Notes: generated from the sequence alone by a model not told the origin. A stretch of DNA of 64,000 nucleotides from an uncultured Clostridia bacterium (GCA_944376845.1 CALWDZ010000003.1:59758-123757); one strand, 5' to 3'. Positions 26,701-34,126 are shown, counted from the first letter of the stretch. A program made the numbers and translations.

Positions 26701-29053
26701 GGTATATAACACAACCCGTAACTTAGGTTATAGTGACCTTACAACTGCAATAGAAAAGGCTAATGCGGGCGAAACCTTGGATGTCTTGAGTAATTTGACA
26801 TCTACTGAAACTTATATTGTAGATAAATCTCTTACAATTCAAGCAAATACAAATGATGTTGAAGTGGAGGGCTCATTTAATGTTTCCGTAGGACATCTCA
26901 TTTTGGGTGGTGGAGCGAAAAGTTTAACCATAACAAGTTCAGTTGATGCAATAACTATTTCGGGTACCGCAAATTTAACCACTAATAATCTCATTGTAAA
27001 TGTCACTACAAAATCTTCTGCAATAGTTAGCACAACTACTGGTGAAATAAATCTAGTAGGTGGAAAGATGGATGCAGTTAATCCTTATAGTCTTTCTAAT
27101 AATGTTTATTGTATAGAAGTTTCTGCTGGCACTTTGACAATAAGTAATGTTATGATAAATTCTGATACAAAATATGTTTCTTTATACAATAGTGGAGCAG
27201 AAGTGTATATAAATGGGACACAAACCATTATATATGGGATTGACAACTCTATTGGAACAATGACTATAAATGATGGTGAAATATTCAATACTTCGTCATC
27301 CAGTAGTGCAATCGACAATTCTGGCACTTTGACTTTATACGGAGGAACTATAACTGCTGGAAAGTGGGCTGTGATTAGTGGTGGAGATGGATATGGGATC
27401 TCAAATTCGGGAACTCTAAAAATTAATGATGATGTAACAATATCAGGTGGTGATAGTGGTTTATATATTGATTCTGGCTTGACAGAAATTAGTAAGGGTT
27501 CAATCAAAGGAAATCTGTACGGAATTTATTGTATAGGTGGAGATATTAATATATCAGGAGGATCATTCATAGGTACTCAAACTGCTGGAATTTACAATGA
27601 TGGTGGAAACATAAATATTTCGGAAATGACAATGATAGTAGAAATTTCATCTGATAATTATGGAATTTTTAATAGACAAGGTACGATTGAAATCTCAGCA
27701 GGTACAGTAACTGGTGAAGTAGGAATACGAAATGCTCACGAATATAGTACCGTTTCTTATATAGTAGCTACATATGCGACATTAACTGTTTCAGGTACAG
27801 CTAATATAATAGGAACACAATATGGAATAGAAAATGAAGGGCAAGGCTCACTGTATGTAAAAGGAGGAATAATAAAAGGTTCATCCACCACCTCATCGAG
27901 AGGTATTTCTATAGATACTTATTTAGACGTTAACCAAGGCGATGTTGATACAGCTATTATAGAAATATCAGGTGGAGAGATATCAGGATATCAAGGAATT
28001 AATACTAATCATTGGTTAGATATTGATGATAGTAATGGTAAAGTGTATATATCTGGTGGAAGTGAACCTGATAATTCTACCGATAATAATATAAAGGCAG
28101 CAGGAATTTATTATTATCCGTCAGCTTATACTGCTGATAATAATATTTCTGCTGGAACTATCAATGGCTACTATGGTATTTACGTGTCTGGATCCACTAG
28201 TAATGATTCTTTCTCTTTAGTTATAAGCGGTACAGCAGAAATTGTAGGTACACAATACGGAATATATAACGAATCAAGCGGTACCGTCAATATTCGTGGT
28301 GGAACAGTTACTGCAAATGGAAATGGTGGTAGAGGAATAGAAAACTCTTCTGGTATTGTCAACATCAGTGGTGGAAAGATACAAACAACTGGTAAAGCTG
28401 CTTTCTCTATATACAATTATGATGGAACAGTTGATATATCGTCTAAAGCACAAGTCACAGCAGTATATAGAGGAATTTATAGTAGAGGTAGTTCAAGTAA
28501 TGTAACTATAAGTGGTGGGACAGTTACTGTAACTGGATCTAGTGGTAGAGGAATACATAACTCTTCTGGTAGTGTTACAATCAGTGGTGGAACGGTACGA
28601 ACAACTAGTAGTACATCTACTTACTCTATATACAATTCAAATGGAACAGTTGATATATCGTCTAAAGCACAAGTCACAGCAGCATATAGAGGAATTTATA
28701 GTACAGGTAGTTCAAGTAATGTAACTATAAGTGGTGGAACGATAAATGGTAGCACTTATTGTATCTATTTAGATTCATCAGCTACACTTAATCTTAGTGG
28801 TTCTCCTACTTTCAGTGGGAGTAGAAGAATTCACTGCAATACTACATTAAATACAAGTGTTCCACATAATGCACCTATTTATGTTTCATCTCCTTTAAGC
28901 CTTAGTTCAACTATTAGGTTATCCGCTAGCTCAAATGGATATATTGTTAGGGGGTCTATCTCTTCTTTGGATCAATATTTTAGTGCTTATTCTGGTAGTA
29001 TTAGTAGTCCAATTTATTCTATGGGAACGTATGGTCTTAGGTATAGTGCATAA
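23738..29053 (+). CDS. giant (1771 aa) cell-surface adhesin-like protein
   Basis: N-terminal anchor, then MBG-like repeats (NAGDYTATVSL..NY), an Fn3-like module and six Listeria-Bacteroides (InlB B-type) repeats (PTRTGYxFxGWA). About 750 aa of G-rich beta-helix-type repeats follow (ISGG, GIYN.GG). Confidence 0.85.
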   Translation: MKSLKTKIATVFSFICLALSMAVFGVFSAINIQNNTNGQLGYIDKTCYIQNSSGSKTFYSTIEKAYASATDGDAICVFEDISLSADFSVEKNISLMAVSSDVTLNLSGYNIVIGSGNTLTLGGGLNTLTLSSSSNSTIQNEGTLNVYGGIISSAEITNMGELTFFGGQVDTIANTGLVTLSQSAQINTIQTTQQTAGETDAGIFVSSNFVATSPIQLIISGGTPTPGQQVAYFQELADAQNFADYFTLTNSGYFLHTSGNSLLIGQYITPPTVSGQSTFMYDGTLKTLRFSGLTSLMSVSGDTQTNAGDYTATVSLTDKTNYRWSDTRDSVDKEFRWSIDPAQLEYPTVEQDEFTYNTQSHSLVFSGLNKDLMEVSGTTSATNVGTYAARVSLKDKVNYTWVDGETGDVTYPWTINKRQLTIPTANPASYTYTGSVITATYTNPDSENITLGGDLTATVVGSYTATATIKDTANNEWTDGTTLVKNIEWSITKADLLAPDGLIWIPSEDKSSATARWNAVSGGQSYTVTVLVNGLPSDLTKTINSTEVNFTSTELNALDNGTYTFRVQAIGNSNYNDSPTATSGNLYRLVYMTNDGTSTVHARQYYTQGQSISAPSKPSRTGYNFIGWATTNTATSDNLPSTATESDTYYAVWRAISYNISINNASGTGGSVAPSTYTTSAKDQRITITEPTRVGYTFNGWAIKVDGSYSGKEPTVSGTTLTIPANCYGNITLTATWTARQYNITLNQNSGTGGTINTATYNTSTSSQTRTLTNPTRAGYEFAGWAIKVDGSYSGKEPTVSGTTLTIPANCYGNITLTATWTARQYNITLNQNSGTGGSINTATYNTSTSSQTRTLTNPTRAGYRFAGWAIKVDGSYSGEAPTVSGTTLTIPANCYGNITLTANWTLAIYTITFERNSGTWASGYPVPKSYNINSGEITLPTADNIYRTNDIFSGWYTSSTFSGDPVTSIPAGSTGNKTYYAQWTEAAVYNTTRNLGYSDLTTAIEKANAGETLDVLSNLTSTETYIVDKSLTIQANTNDVEVEGSFNVSVGHLILGGGAKSLTITSSVDAITISGTANLTTNNLIVNVTTKSSAIVSTTTGEINLVGGKMDAVNPYSLSNNVYCIEVSAGTLTISNVMINSDTKYVSLYNSGAEVYINGTQTIIYGIDNSIGTMTINDGEIFNTSSSSSAIDNSGTLTLYGGTITAGKWAVISGGDGYGISNSGTLKINDDVTISGGDSGLYIDSGLTEISKGSIKGNLYGIYCIGGDINISGGSFIGTQTAGIYNDGGNINISEMTMIVEISSDNYGIFNRQGTIEISAGTVTGEVGIRNAHEYSTVSYIVATYATLTVSGTANIIGTQYGIENEGQGSLYVKGGIIKGSSTTSSRGISIDTYLDVNQGDVDTAIIEISGGEISGYQGINTNHWLDIDDSNGKVYISGGSEPDNSTDNNIKAAGIYYYPSAYTADNNISAGTINGYYGIYVSGSTSNDSFSLVISGTAEIVGTQYGIYNESSGTVNIRGGTVTANGNGGRGIENSSGIVNISGGKIQTTGKAAFSIYNYDGTVDISSKAQVTAVYRGIYSRGSSSNVTISGGTVTVTGSSGRGIHNSSGSVTISGGTVRTTSSTSTYSIYNSNGTVDISSKAQVTAAYRGIYSTGSSSNVTISGGTINGSTYCIYLDSSATLNLSGSPTFSGSRRIHCNTTLNTSVPHNAPIYVSSPLSLSSTIRLSASSNGYIVRGSISSLDQYFSAYSGSISSPIYSMGTYGLRYSA
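25835..26460 (+). repeat. 252-bp (84-codon) tandem repeat, about 2.5 copies, first two about 98 percent identical
   Basis: GGTTGGGCAATTAAAGTTGACGG recurs at 25835, 26087 and 26339. Only 5 or 6 substitutions separate copies 1 and 2. Confidence 0.9.
28405..28739 (+). repeat. 219-bp (73-codon) tandem duplication in the beta-helix region
   Basis: CTCTATATACAATT...AGTAATGTAACTATAAGTGGTGG recurs at 28405 and 28624 with few substitutions. Confidence 0.8.
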
Positions 29054-29081
29054 AAAATACTTTCTGTGGTCTCAACTACTT

Positions 29082-29126
29082 GTCATTCTGAGTCCAACTT
29101 CAACGCGTCGACCTGCGAAGAATCTC
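29082..29126 (+). repeat. S-module repeat with ACGCGTCGAC-containing insert
   Basis: GTCATTCTGAGTCCAACTTCAACGCGTCGACCTGCGAAGAATCTC is nearly identical to the copies at 30866 and 31536. Confidence 0.85.
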
Positions 29127-29159
29127 AAAAAATGCAAGGCATTTTGCCTTGCATTTTTG
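29126..29159 (+). terminator. intrinsic terminator of the adhesin gene
   Basis: ATGCAAGGC-ATTTT-GCCTTGCAT followed by T5. Confidence 0.8.
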
Positions 29160-29222
29160 TATTTTTACTTGTTAAAAGAAATATGCTATGTTATTATAAT
29201 CTTAGTTAACAAAGGAGAACTT

Positions 29223-30434
29223 ATGAATTTAAATTTCATAAATCAAATTGCTTTTTTTAAGAGAAAAACTGGCAACAAAGTGCGTAAACTAACCAGATTT
29301 AAAAACAAATCAAGTGTTGAGTATAATGCATCACTTAGTATTAAAGATATTTTGGAACCGCTTATTGAAAAAGATATGCGAGACATCAATAAGATGATTG
29401 AAACCCTTTTTCGTAAACTTATGGCAAATAGAATGGGGCTTTTTACCATTGTCAAATTTGATATGAAAAATTATTTTCCATCCATATCACTTCGCTATGC
29501 TTATGATTTTTTCATCAAAGATAAAATTAGCGAAAAATATCATCCACTTTTTGAAAATTATTGTGATAATGTTAAATACAATCTTCAAGGGCTTCCACCG
29601 TCAAGCAACTTTGCGGCAGTTATGTCAAAGGCACTAAAAGACGAACTATTTGCATTTTTTAAAGTTGATGGACTAACCGATTGCTTTTATTATGTAGATG
29701 ATTTTGTGCTATTATTCAAAAAGCGTGTAAATGAAATTTACATCAAATTTGGTATTTTGGAATGTATTAAAAATGTATTTTTTAAACGCAACAAATTACA
29801 ATATCAAAACAAAGTTAAGGCACATATTGATGACTCAAAATATACTTTTTTGGATGATACAAAACTTCCTGGCAGTTTTACATGGCTAGGTTATAAAATC
29901 GGCATTTCATATGGTTGGCAGGGCATTGGCATAACGCTAGATATGGCAGATTACAAGATGGAAATATATAGAAAAGCATTTTTTGACGCCGTTAAACAAA
30001 ATTATGCTGATGAGGAAAAGATGCGTTTGATGCTATATTCTAGCACTCGCAGTGTAGTTACAAAAATACACAAGCAGGGGAAACCAGATAAAAATGTCAG
30101 CATTTCACCATTTAAATTTTACAAAAACTTCAAAAAGTACCCAGAACTGGTAGGTGAAAACACTCGACGTTTTATGCAAGGAGTGATTGTAGATGCTTTT
30201 AGACAACAAACTATTGCCATGCCATTTTATTTAAAAGATAAAGATCCAAACAGCGGTTACAATCTATGGCATAACTTTTTTAACAGCAAAGCCATTGTAT
30301 TAAATAAAACATTTGGATGGTCTTATGAAAAACTTTATAACACCATGAAAAAATATTCCAAACTTGACATTCACTCAAAGTCATATGAACAACTTGCAAA
30401 AATGTATATAGATAATTTTGTGATAAAACTTTAA
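29223..30434 (+). CDS. stand-alone reverse transcriptase, class unassigned (retron/UG-Abi-like architecture)
   Basis: RBS AAAGGAGAA precedes the ATG at 29223. Motifs occur in order: FDMKNYFPSI, LQGLPPSSNFAAVMSKAL, CFYYVDDFVLLF (YVDD at 29691-29702), FTWLGYKI. A ~150-aa C-terminal extension has no endonuclease or maturase signature. Confidence 0.8.
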   Translation: MNLNFINQIAFFKRKTGNKVRKLTRFKNKSSVEYNASLSIKDILEPLIEKDMRDINKMIETLFRKLMANRMGLFTIVKFDMKNYFPSISLRYAYDFFIKDKISEKYHPLFENYCDNVKYNLQGLPPSSNFAAVMSKALKDELFAFFKVDGLTDCFYYVDDFVLLFKKRVNEIYIKFGILECIKNVFFKRNKLQYQNKVKAHIDDSKYTFLDDTKLPGSFTWLGYKIGISYGWQGIGITLDMADYKMEIYRKAFFDAVKQNYADEEKMRLMLYSSTRSVVTKIHKQGKPDKNVSISPFKFYKNFKKYPELVGENTRRFMQGVIVDAFRQQTIAMPFYLKDKDPNSGYNLWHNFFNSKAIVLNKTFGWSYEKLYNTMKKYSKLDIHSKSYEQLAKMYIDNFVIKL

Positions 30435-30441
30435 TATTTAT

Positions 30442-30470
30442 TTGTAAATTTTTTTAATTTGTGTTATATT
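30442..30470 (+). promoter_or_regulatory. sigma-70-type promoter TTGTAA-17 nt-TGtTATATT
   Basis: -35 at 30442-30447, extended -10 at 30462-30470, 8 nt after the RT stop codon. Confidence 0.5.
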
Positions 30471-30476
30471 ATGTTT

Positions 30477-30570
30477 AAGGTTGCGAGAGCGACTGAATTA
30501 CCCGAATTCGAAACAAGATCTCAGATGTTGTTTCATGCGGGTGGGGCTGCGGCGCCACCCCTTTTTTTTT
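30477..30570 (+). ncRNA. candidate ~95-nt small RNA (or structured RT 3' UTR) ending in a strong intrinsic terminator
   Basis: Bounded by the promoter above and by a GC-rich hairpin at 30538-30561 plus T9. Internal hairpins GAATT-ACCCG-AATTC and GAAACA..TGTTTC. No RBS for the 33-codon ORF it contains. Confidence 0.4.
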
Positions 30571-30696
30571 AAAACTAAAAAATAACTCTTGATAGTTTCG
30601 TTTACTGCCAAGCGTGTCCGCACAGTTACGTACGTTTGTACGCGCCTGCGCGGACACACTTGTCGAGCCTTACTCTCAAGGTTATTTTTTAGTTTT
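30571..30696 (+). repeat. 126-nt multi-helix element A1 (family with 52329-52454)
   Basis: 16-bp terminal stem AAAACTAAAAAATAAC/GTTATTTTTTAGTTTT, junction motif CGTTTACTG, inner stem GTGTCCGC/GCGGACAC, core hairpin CGTAC-GTTT-GTACG, junction motif GTCGAGCCT. Confidence 0.8.
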
Positions 30697-30735
30697 AAAT
30701 ATTATTTAGCCTTGTCTTTCTTCGCAAAAACGATG

Positions 30736-30781
30736 TGCGCGGACTTGTCGAGCCTTACTCTCAAGGTTATTTTTTAGTTTT
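30736..30781 (+). repeat. partial second copy (3' half) of element A1
   Basis: TGCGCGGAC-TTGTCGAGCCTTACTCTCAAGGTTATTTTTTAGTTTT duplicates 30647-30696 with a 4-nt deletion. Confidence 0.8.
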
Positions 30782-30795
30782 AAATATACTATTTA

Positions 30796-31066
30796 GTCAC
30801 CCTGACCGCTCTCAGACCACTTGTCATTCTGAGGAGCGAAGCGACGTGAGAATCTCATCATCTTGTCATTCTGAGCCCAACTTCAACGCGTCGACCTGCG
30901 AAGAATCTCTATCATATGTCACCCTGACCACTGGCCCGCTTTGATGGAGAGGAAGGGTCTCAACTATAAGAGATCCTTCGTCAGCCGTCAAGGAAGCCAC
31001 ACTCAGAGTGACTAAAAAAATTGTCATTCTGAGCCTCGACCCGCAGAGACGGAGACGAAGAATCTC
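30796..31066 (+). repeat. repeat block left of GIY-YIG (S and L modules; contains the left ~177-bp direct repeat at 30821-30997)
   Basis: Near-identical to 31491-31666. Confidence 0.9.
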
Positions 31067-31086
31067 TTTAAGCATTTGCCAAATAT

Positions 31087-31401
31087 ATGAATTTGTGTAA
31101 TAATCTTACTATGTATTATGTTTACATTTTATCCAATAAAAACAATACGGTTTTATACATTGGAGTTACAAATAATTTGGTAAGAAGAGTTTATGAACAT
31201 AAACAAAAATTTGTTCAAGGTTTTACAAAAACTTATAATGTAGACAAACTTGTTTATTATGAAATTTTGTATGATCCATATAATGCAATTACAAGAGAAA
31301 AACAATTGAAAGGATTGAAAAGAAAGAAAAAAGATATGCTAATAAATAATTTTAATCCGGATTGGCACGATTTATATCAAGATATTTGTAATAGCGTATG
31401 A
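31087..31401 (+). CDS. GIY-YIG nuclease family protein (small UPF0213/COG2827-type)
   Basis: YYVYILSNKNNTVLYIGVTNNLVRRVYEH...AITREKQLKGLKRKKK is the GIY-YIG core. The start may be the ATG at 31111. Confidence 0.85.
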   Translation: MNLCNNLTMYYVYILSNKNNTVLYIGVTNNLVRRVYEHKQKFVQGFTKTYNVDKLVYYEILYDPYNAITREKQLKGLKRKKKDMLINNFNPDWHDLYQDICNSV

Positions 31402-31700
31402 GATCCTTCGTCAGCCGTCAAGGAAGCAGTTCTCAGGATGACACACACAGTCTTCTGAGCATATTTTTCTGTCATTCTGAGCGTACTTTTTTGTCATTCT
31501 GAGGAGCGAAGCGACGTGAGAATCTCATCATCTAGTCATTCTGAGCCACACTCCAACGCGTCGACCTACGAAGAATCTCTATCATATGTCACCCTGACCG
31601 CTCCCCGCTTTGACGGAGAGGAAGGGTCTCAACTATAAGAGATCCTTCGTCAGCCGTCAAGGAAGCAGTTCTCAGGATGACACACACAGTCATTCTGAGT
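31399..31700 (+). repeat. repeat block right of GIY-YIG (contains the right ~177-bp direct repeat at 31491-31666 and a 60-nt segment duplicated at 31401 and 31640)
   Basis: Direct sequence comparison. The GIY-YIG stop codon is the first triplet of the block. Confidence 0.9.
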
Positions 31701-31704
31701 CAAG

Positions 31705-32166
31705 TCACACGGCATCGTCAGAAATGTGATGAGTTTTATTCTTTAAACAAAATAGAGCGTATAAAGGTACTGATTTTATGTTGTTTTCAAAACCAAAATT
31801 TTTAGATGAAACTCTAATAGAGTAGATAGGATTATATTTTTTTACAAACACACCAAGACTTTTTGCTTGGACATTGTCTACATATTTGCATTCAATTGGG
31901 ACTATACCATTCTCTAACTGAATAACAAAGTCAAGTTCAGCCTTTCCATTGGACTCCCAATAATATGGTTCAAGCCCAATTGAAATAAGTTGTTGCATAA
32001 CATAGTTTTCAGATATTGCACCTTTGGCATCGCTTGACAACATATCCATTAAAATATTTTGATAGTTTAAATTTAAACTATTTGATAGCAAGCCTACATC
32101 ACTCATATATATTTTATAACTTAATAAATCTTCATAAATTTTTAAAGGCATCAATTTAAGAAGCAT
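31705..32166 (-). pseudogene. C-terminal remnant of a DUF4143-type AAA ATPase
   Basis: Only the ~150-aa C-terminal region is present (…AELDFVIQLENGIVPIECKY…). The ~250-aa ATPase part has no room before gltX. Confidence 0.6.
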
Positions 32167-32251
32167 ATCACAAAAAAGGGGAACAAGTCAAATATTTTTA
32201 CAAAAAGTGGAACGACTTTTTGTAGAAATTGTATATTTTTTGTCATTCAGT

Positions 32252-33769
32252 TTATTTGGTGTCCTTAGAAAGATATTTCATAAGTTCAATCTCATCTTCA
32301 TCAATAGGTTGTTCTTCCATATCAATTAAAGGTTCACCAAGGTCAATATTTAATGCATCAATGCTTGCTTGAATACGTTTAAGTGATTCTTCTTTTCCAA
32401 GTAAATAAAGCATTTCACCAGCACCGCCAGGGGTGACTGTGTGAGCAGTAACAGCAATACGTACTGGCCACATAAGTTTGCCGATTTTCATTTCTTTATG
32501 CTCTGCATATTTTGCAAGTAGGGCATTCAAATTTTCAACTTCAAACTCTGTGCTTGCAAGAAGTGGGAAAATCTTAACCAAAATGTCACGAGACTGCAAT
32601 TTATCTAGTTTATTTTTCTTGTTTTCAAAAAGTGGTGTATCAACTTTAAAATCACTTAAAAATGCAAATAGTGGAACAATATCACTAAATTTGTTTATTC
32701 TACTTTGTGCAAGTGTGGATGCAAAGTCCCATTTATCAAAAATTGGTTTAGGAAGGTCTTTTATATATGGCATACTTGCATTTTTAAATGCTTCATGGTC
32801 AAGTTTTTGAATGTACTGAGCATTGAACCAGTCAAGTTTTTTATAATCAAAAATTGCATCACTCTTGACAATGCCATCCACATCAAAGTGCTCAATAAGT
32901 TCATCAAGCGAGAAAATTTCCTGTTCACTTTTTGGATTCCAGCCGAGCAGGCTAATGTAATTTACAATTGCGTCACTAAGGTATCCTTCTTCAAGTAAGT
33001 TATTGAAACTAACTGAGCCATGGCGTTTACTAAGTTTACTAACCGAGCCATCTTCATTTCTACCCATAATTGTAGAAAGGTGAATGGTTTTTGGTGGTTC
33101 CCAGCCAAAAGCCTCATACAAAAGTTGGTATTTTGGTGTAGAAGAGATATACTCTTTTCCACGAATCACATGTGTGATATTCATAAGGTGGTCATCTACA
33201 ACATTTGCAAAGTTATATGTTGGTAGTCCATCACGCTTTAAAAGCACTTGGTCATCAAGGCTTTCATTTTCAACGGTTATTGTACCATAAACTTCATCTG
33301 TAAATGTGGTTGTGCCACTAAGTGGAACTTTTTGGCGTATAACATATGGCTTTCCTTCACTCAAATTTTTTTCTATTTCTTCTTTTGAAAGATTTCTACA
33401 ATGTCTATTATATCCAAAGCCTTGTTCTTCTTTTTCATCAGGGTCGCAAAAACAATAATATGCATATCCGCTTTCTACAAGCATTTTGGCATATTTTTGA
33501 TAAATTTCTTTCCTTTCACTTTGTACATAAGGGCCATAGTTTCCGCCAATGTCGGGACCTTCATCGTGGTTTAGATGTGCTATTTTTAGAGTGTTATATA
33601 TAACCTCAGTGGCTCCTTCAACATAACGCTTTTGGTCAGTATCTTCAATTCTTAAAATAAACTTGCCATTATGGTGCTTTGCAAACAAAAAGGCAAATAG
33701 TGCCGTACGTAAATTACCTATGTGCATATATCCAGTTGGACTTGGTGCGAAACGTGTTCTAACTTCCAT
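32252..33769 (-). CDS. gltX: glutamate--tRNA ligase
   Basis: RTRFAPSPTGYMHIGNLRTALF (HIGH) and KLSKRHG (KMSKS). Confidence 0.95.
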   Translation of the reverse strand: MEVRTRFAPSPTGYMHIGNLRTALFAFLFAKHHNGKFILRIEDTDQKRYVEGATEVIYNTLKIAHLNHDEGPDIGGNYGPYVQSERKEIYQKYAKMLVESGYAYYCFCDPDEKEEQGFGYNRHCRNLSKEEIEKNLSEGKPYVIRQKVPLSGTTTFTDEVYGTITVENESLDDQVLLKRDGLPTYNFANVVDDHLMNITHVIRGKEYISSTPKYQLLYEAFGWEPPKTIHLSTIMGRNEDGSVSKLSKRHGSVSFNNLLEEGYLSDAIVNYISLLGWNPKSEQEIFSLDELIEHFDVDGIVKSDAIFDYKKLDWFNAQYIQKLDHEAFKNASMPYIKDLPKPIFDKWDFASTLAQSRINKFSDIVPLFAFLSDFKVDTPLFENKKNKLDKLQSRDILVKIFPLLASTEFEVENLNALLAKYAEHKEMKIGKLMWPVRIAVTAHTVTPGGAGEMLYLLGKEESLKRIQASIDALNIDLGEPLIDMEEQPIDEDEIELMKYLSKDTK

Positions 33770-33865
33770 AAATTACCTCTAGTACAATATATAATTCACG
33801 ACAAATTTTGTCAAGGCTTTTGGTATATGTGTTGGCAAACTTTCATATGTTATTTTGAGGCAAAG

Positions 33866-34126
33866 GTGTTTAATTTTTTTAGTGAACTTGTGGCAGATTT
33901 TGGACTGGAAATTGACAAGTTAAATAGTTTTAACATTGTCAATATGTCCAACAAACTTGTGTACATAGAGGGTCAAAAAGGAGTTGTAAAAATAGGCTCC
34001 GAAAGTATGTCCATTCGCGTTAAAGGCGGTGTTGTAGTTGTATTTGGACAAAACCTTAAACTCAAAAAAATCACGGGCACAACTGTTTGTATTGTGGGTA
34101 AAATTGAGGGAATAGAGTGTAAATAA
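33866..34126 (+). CDS. yqfC: YabP/YqfC family sporulation protein
   Basis: The beta-rich pattern ...VYIEGQKGVVKIGSESMSIRVKGGVVVVFGQNLKLKKI...IVGKIEGIE and the position before yqfD support the call. GTG start after GAGG, uncertain. Confidence 0.6.
   Translation: MFNFFSELVADFGLEIDKLNSFNIVNMSNKLVYIEGQKGVVKIGSESMSIRVKGGVVVVFGQNLKLKKITGTTVCIVGKIEGIECK

Noticed and set aside
28935-29222. 5' extension of the RT ORF back into the adhesin gene (tracked as 28935-30434).
   Set aside because: The extension overlaps the adhesin 3' end, an S-module repeat and an intrinsic terminator. A good RBS precedes the ATG at 29223.
30471-30572. 33-codon ORF MFKVARATELPEFETRSQMLFHAGGAAAPPLFF inside the candidate small RNA.
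   Set aside because: It has no RBS. Its ATG abuts the putative -10 box and would lie upstream of the transcription start. The C-terminal codons are simply the terminator hairpin and U-tract.
30571-30696. Element A1 as a retron msr-msd (long terminal inverted repeats plus an internal hairpin next to an RT).
   Set aside because: Same-family units occur as a multi-copy array 22 kb away with no RT, the element lies downstream of the RT, and there is no obvious msr hairpin set or branching-G context. It is kept as an open link in the findings but not called a retron.
28800-30800. Diversity-generating retroelement hypothesis (RT next to a large surface-protein gene).
   Set aside because: No template/variable repeat pair was found. 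The adhesin 3' end has no near-identical copy near the RT. RT motif 4 (GLPPSSNFAAV) lacks the DGR-type I/LGxxxSQ pattern as I recall it.
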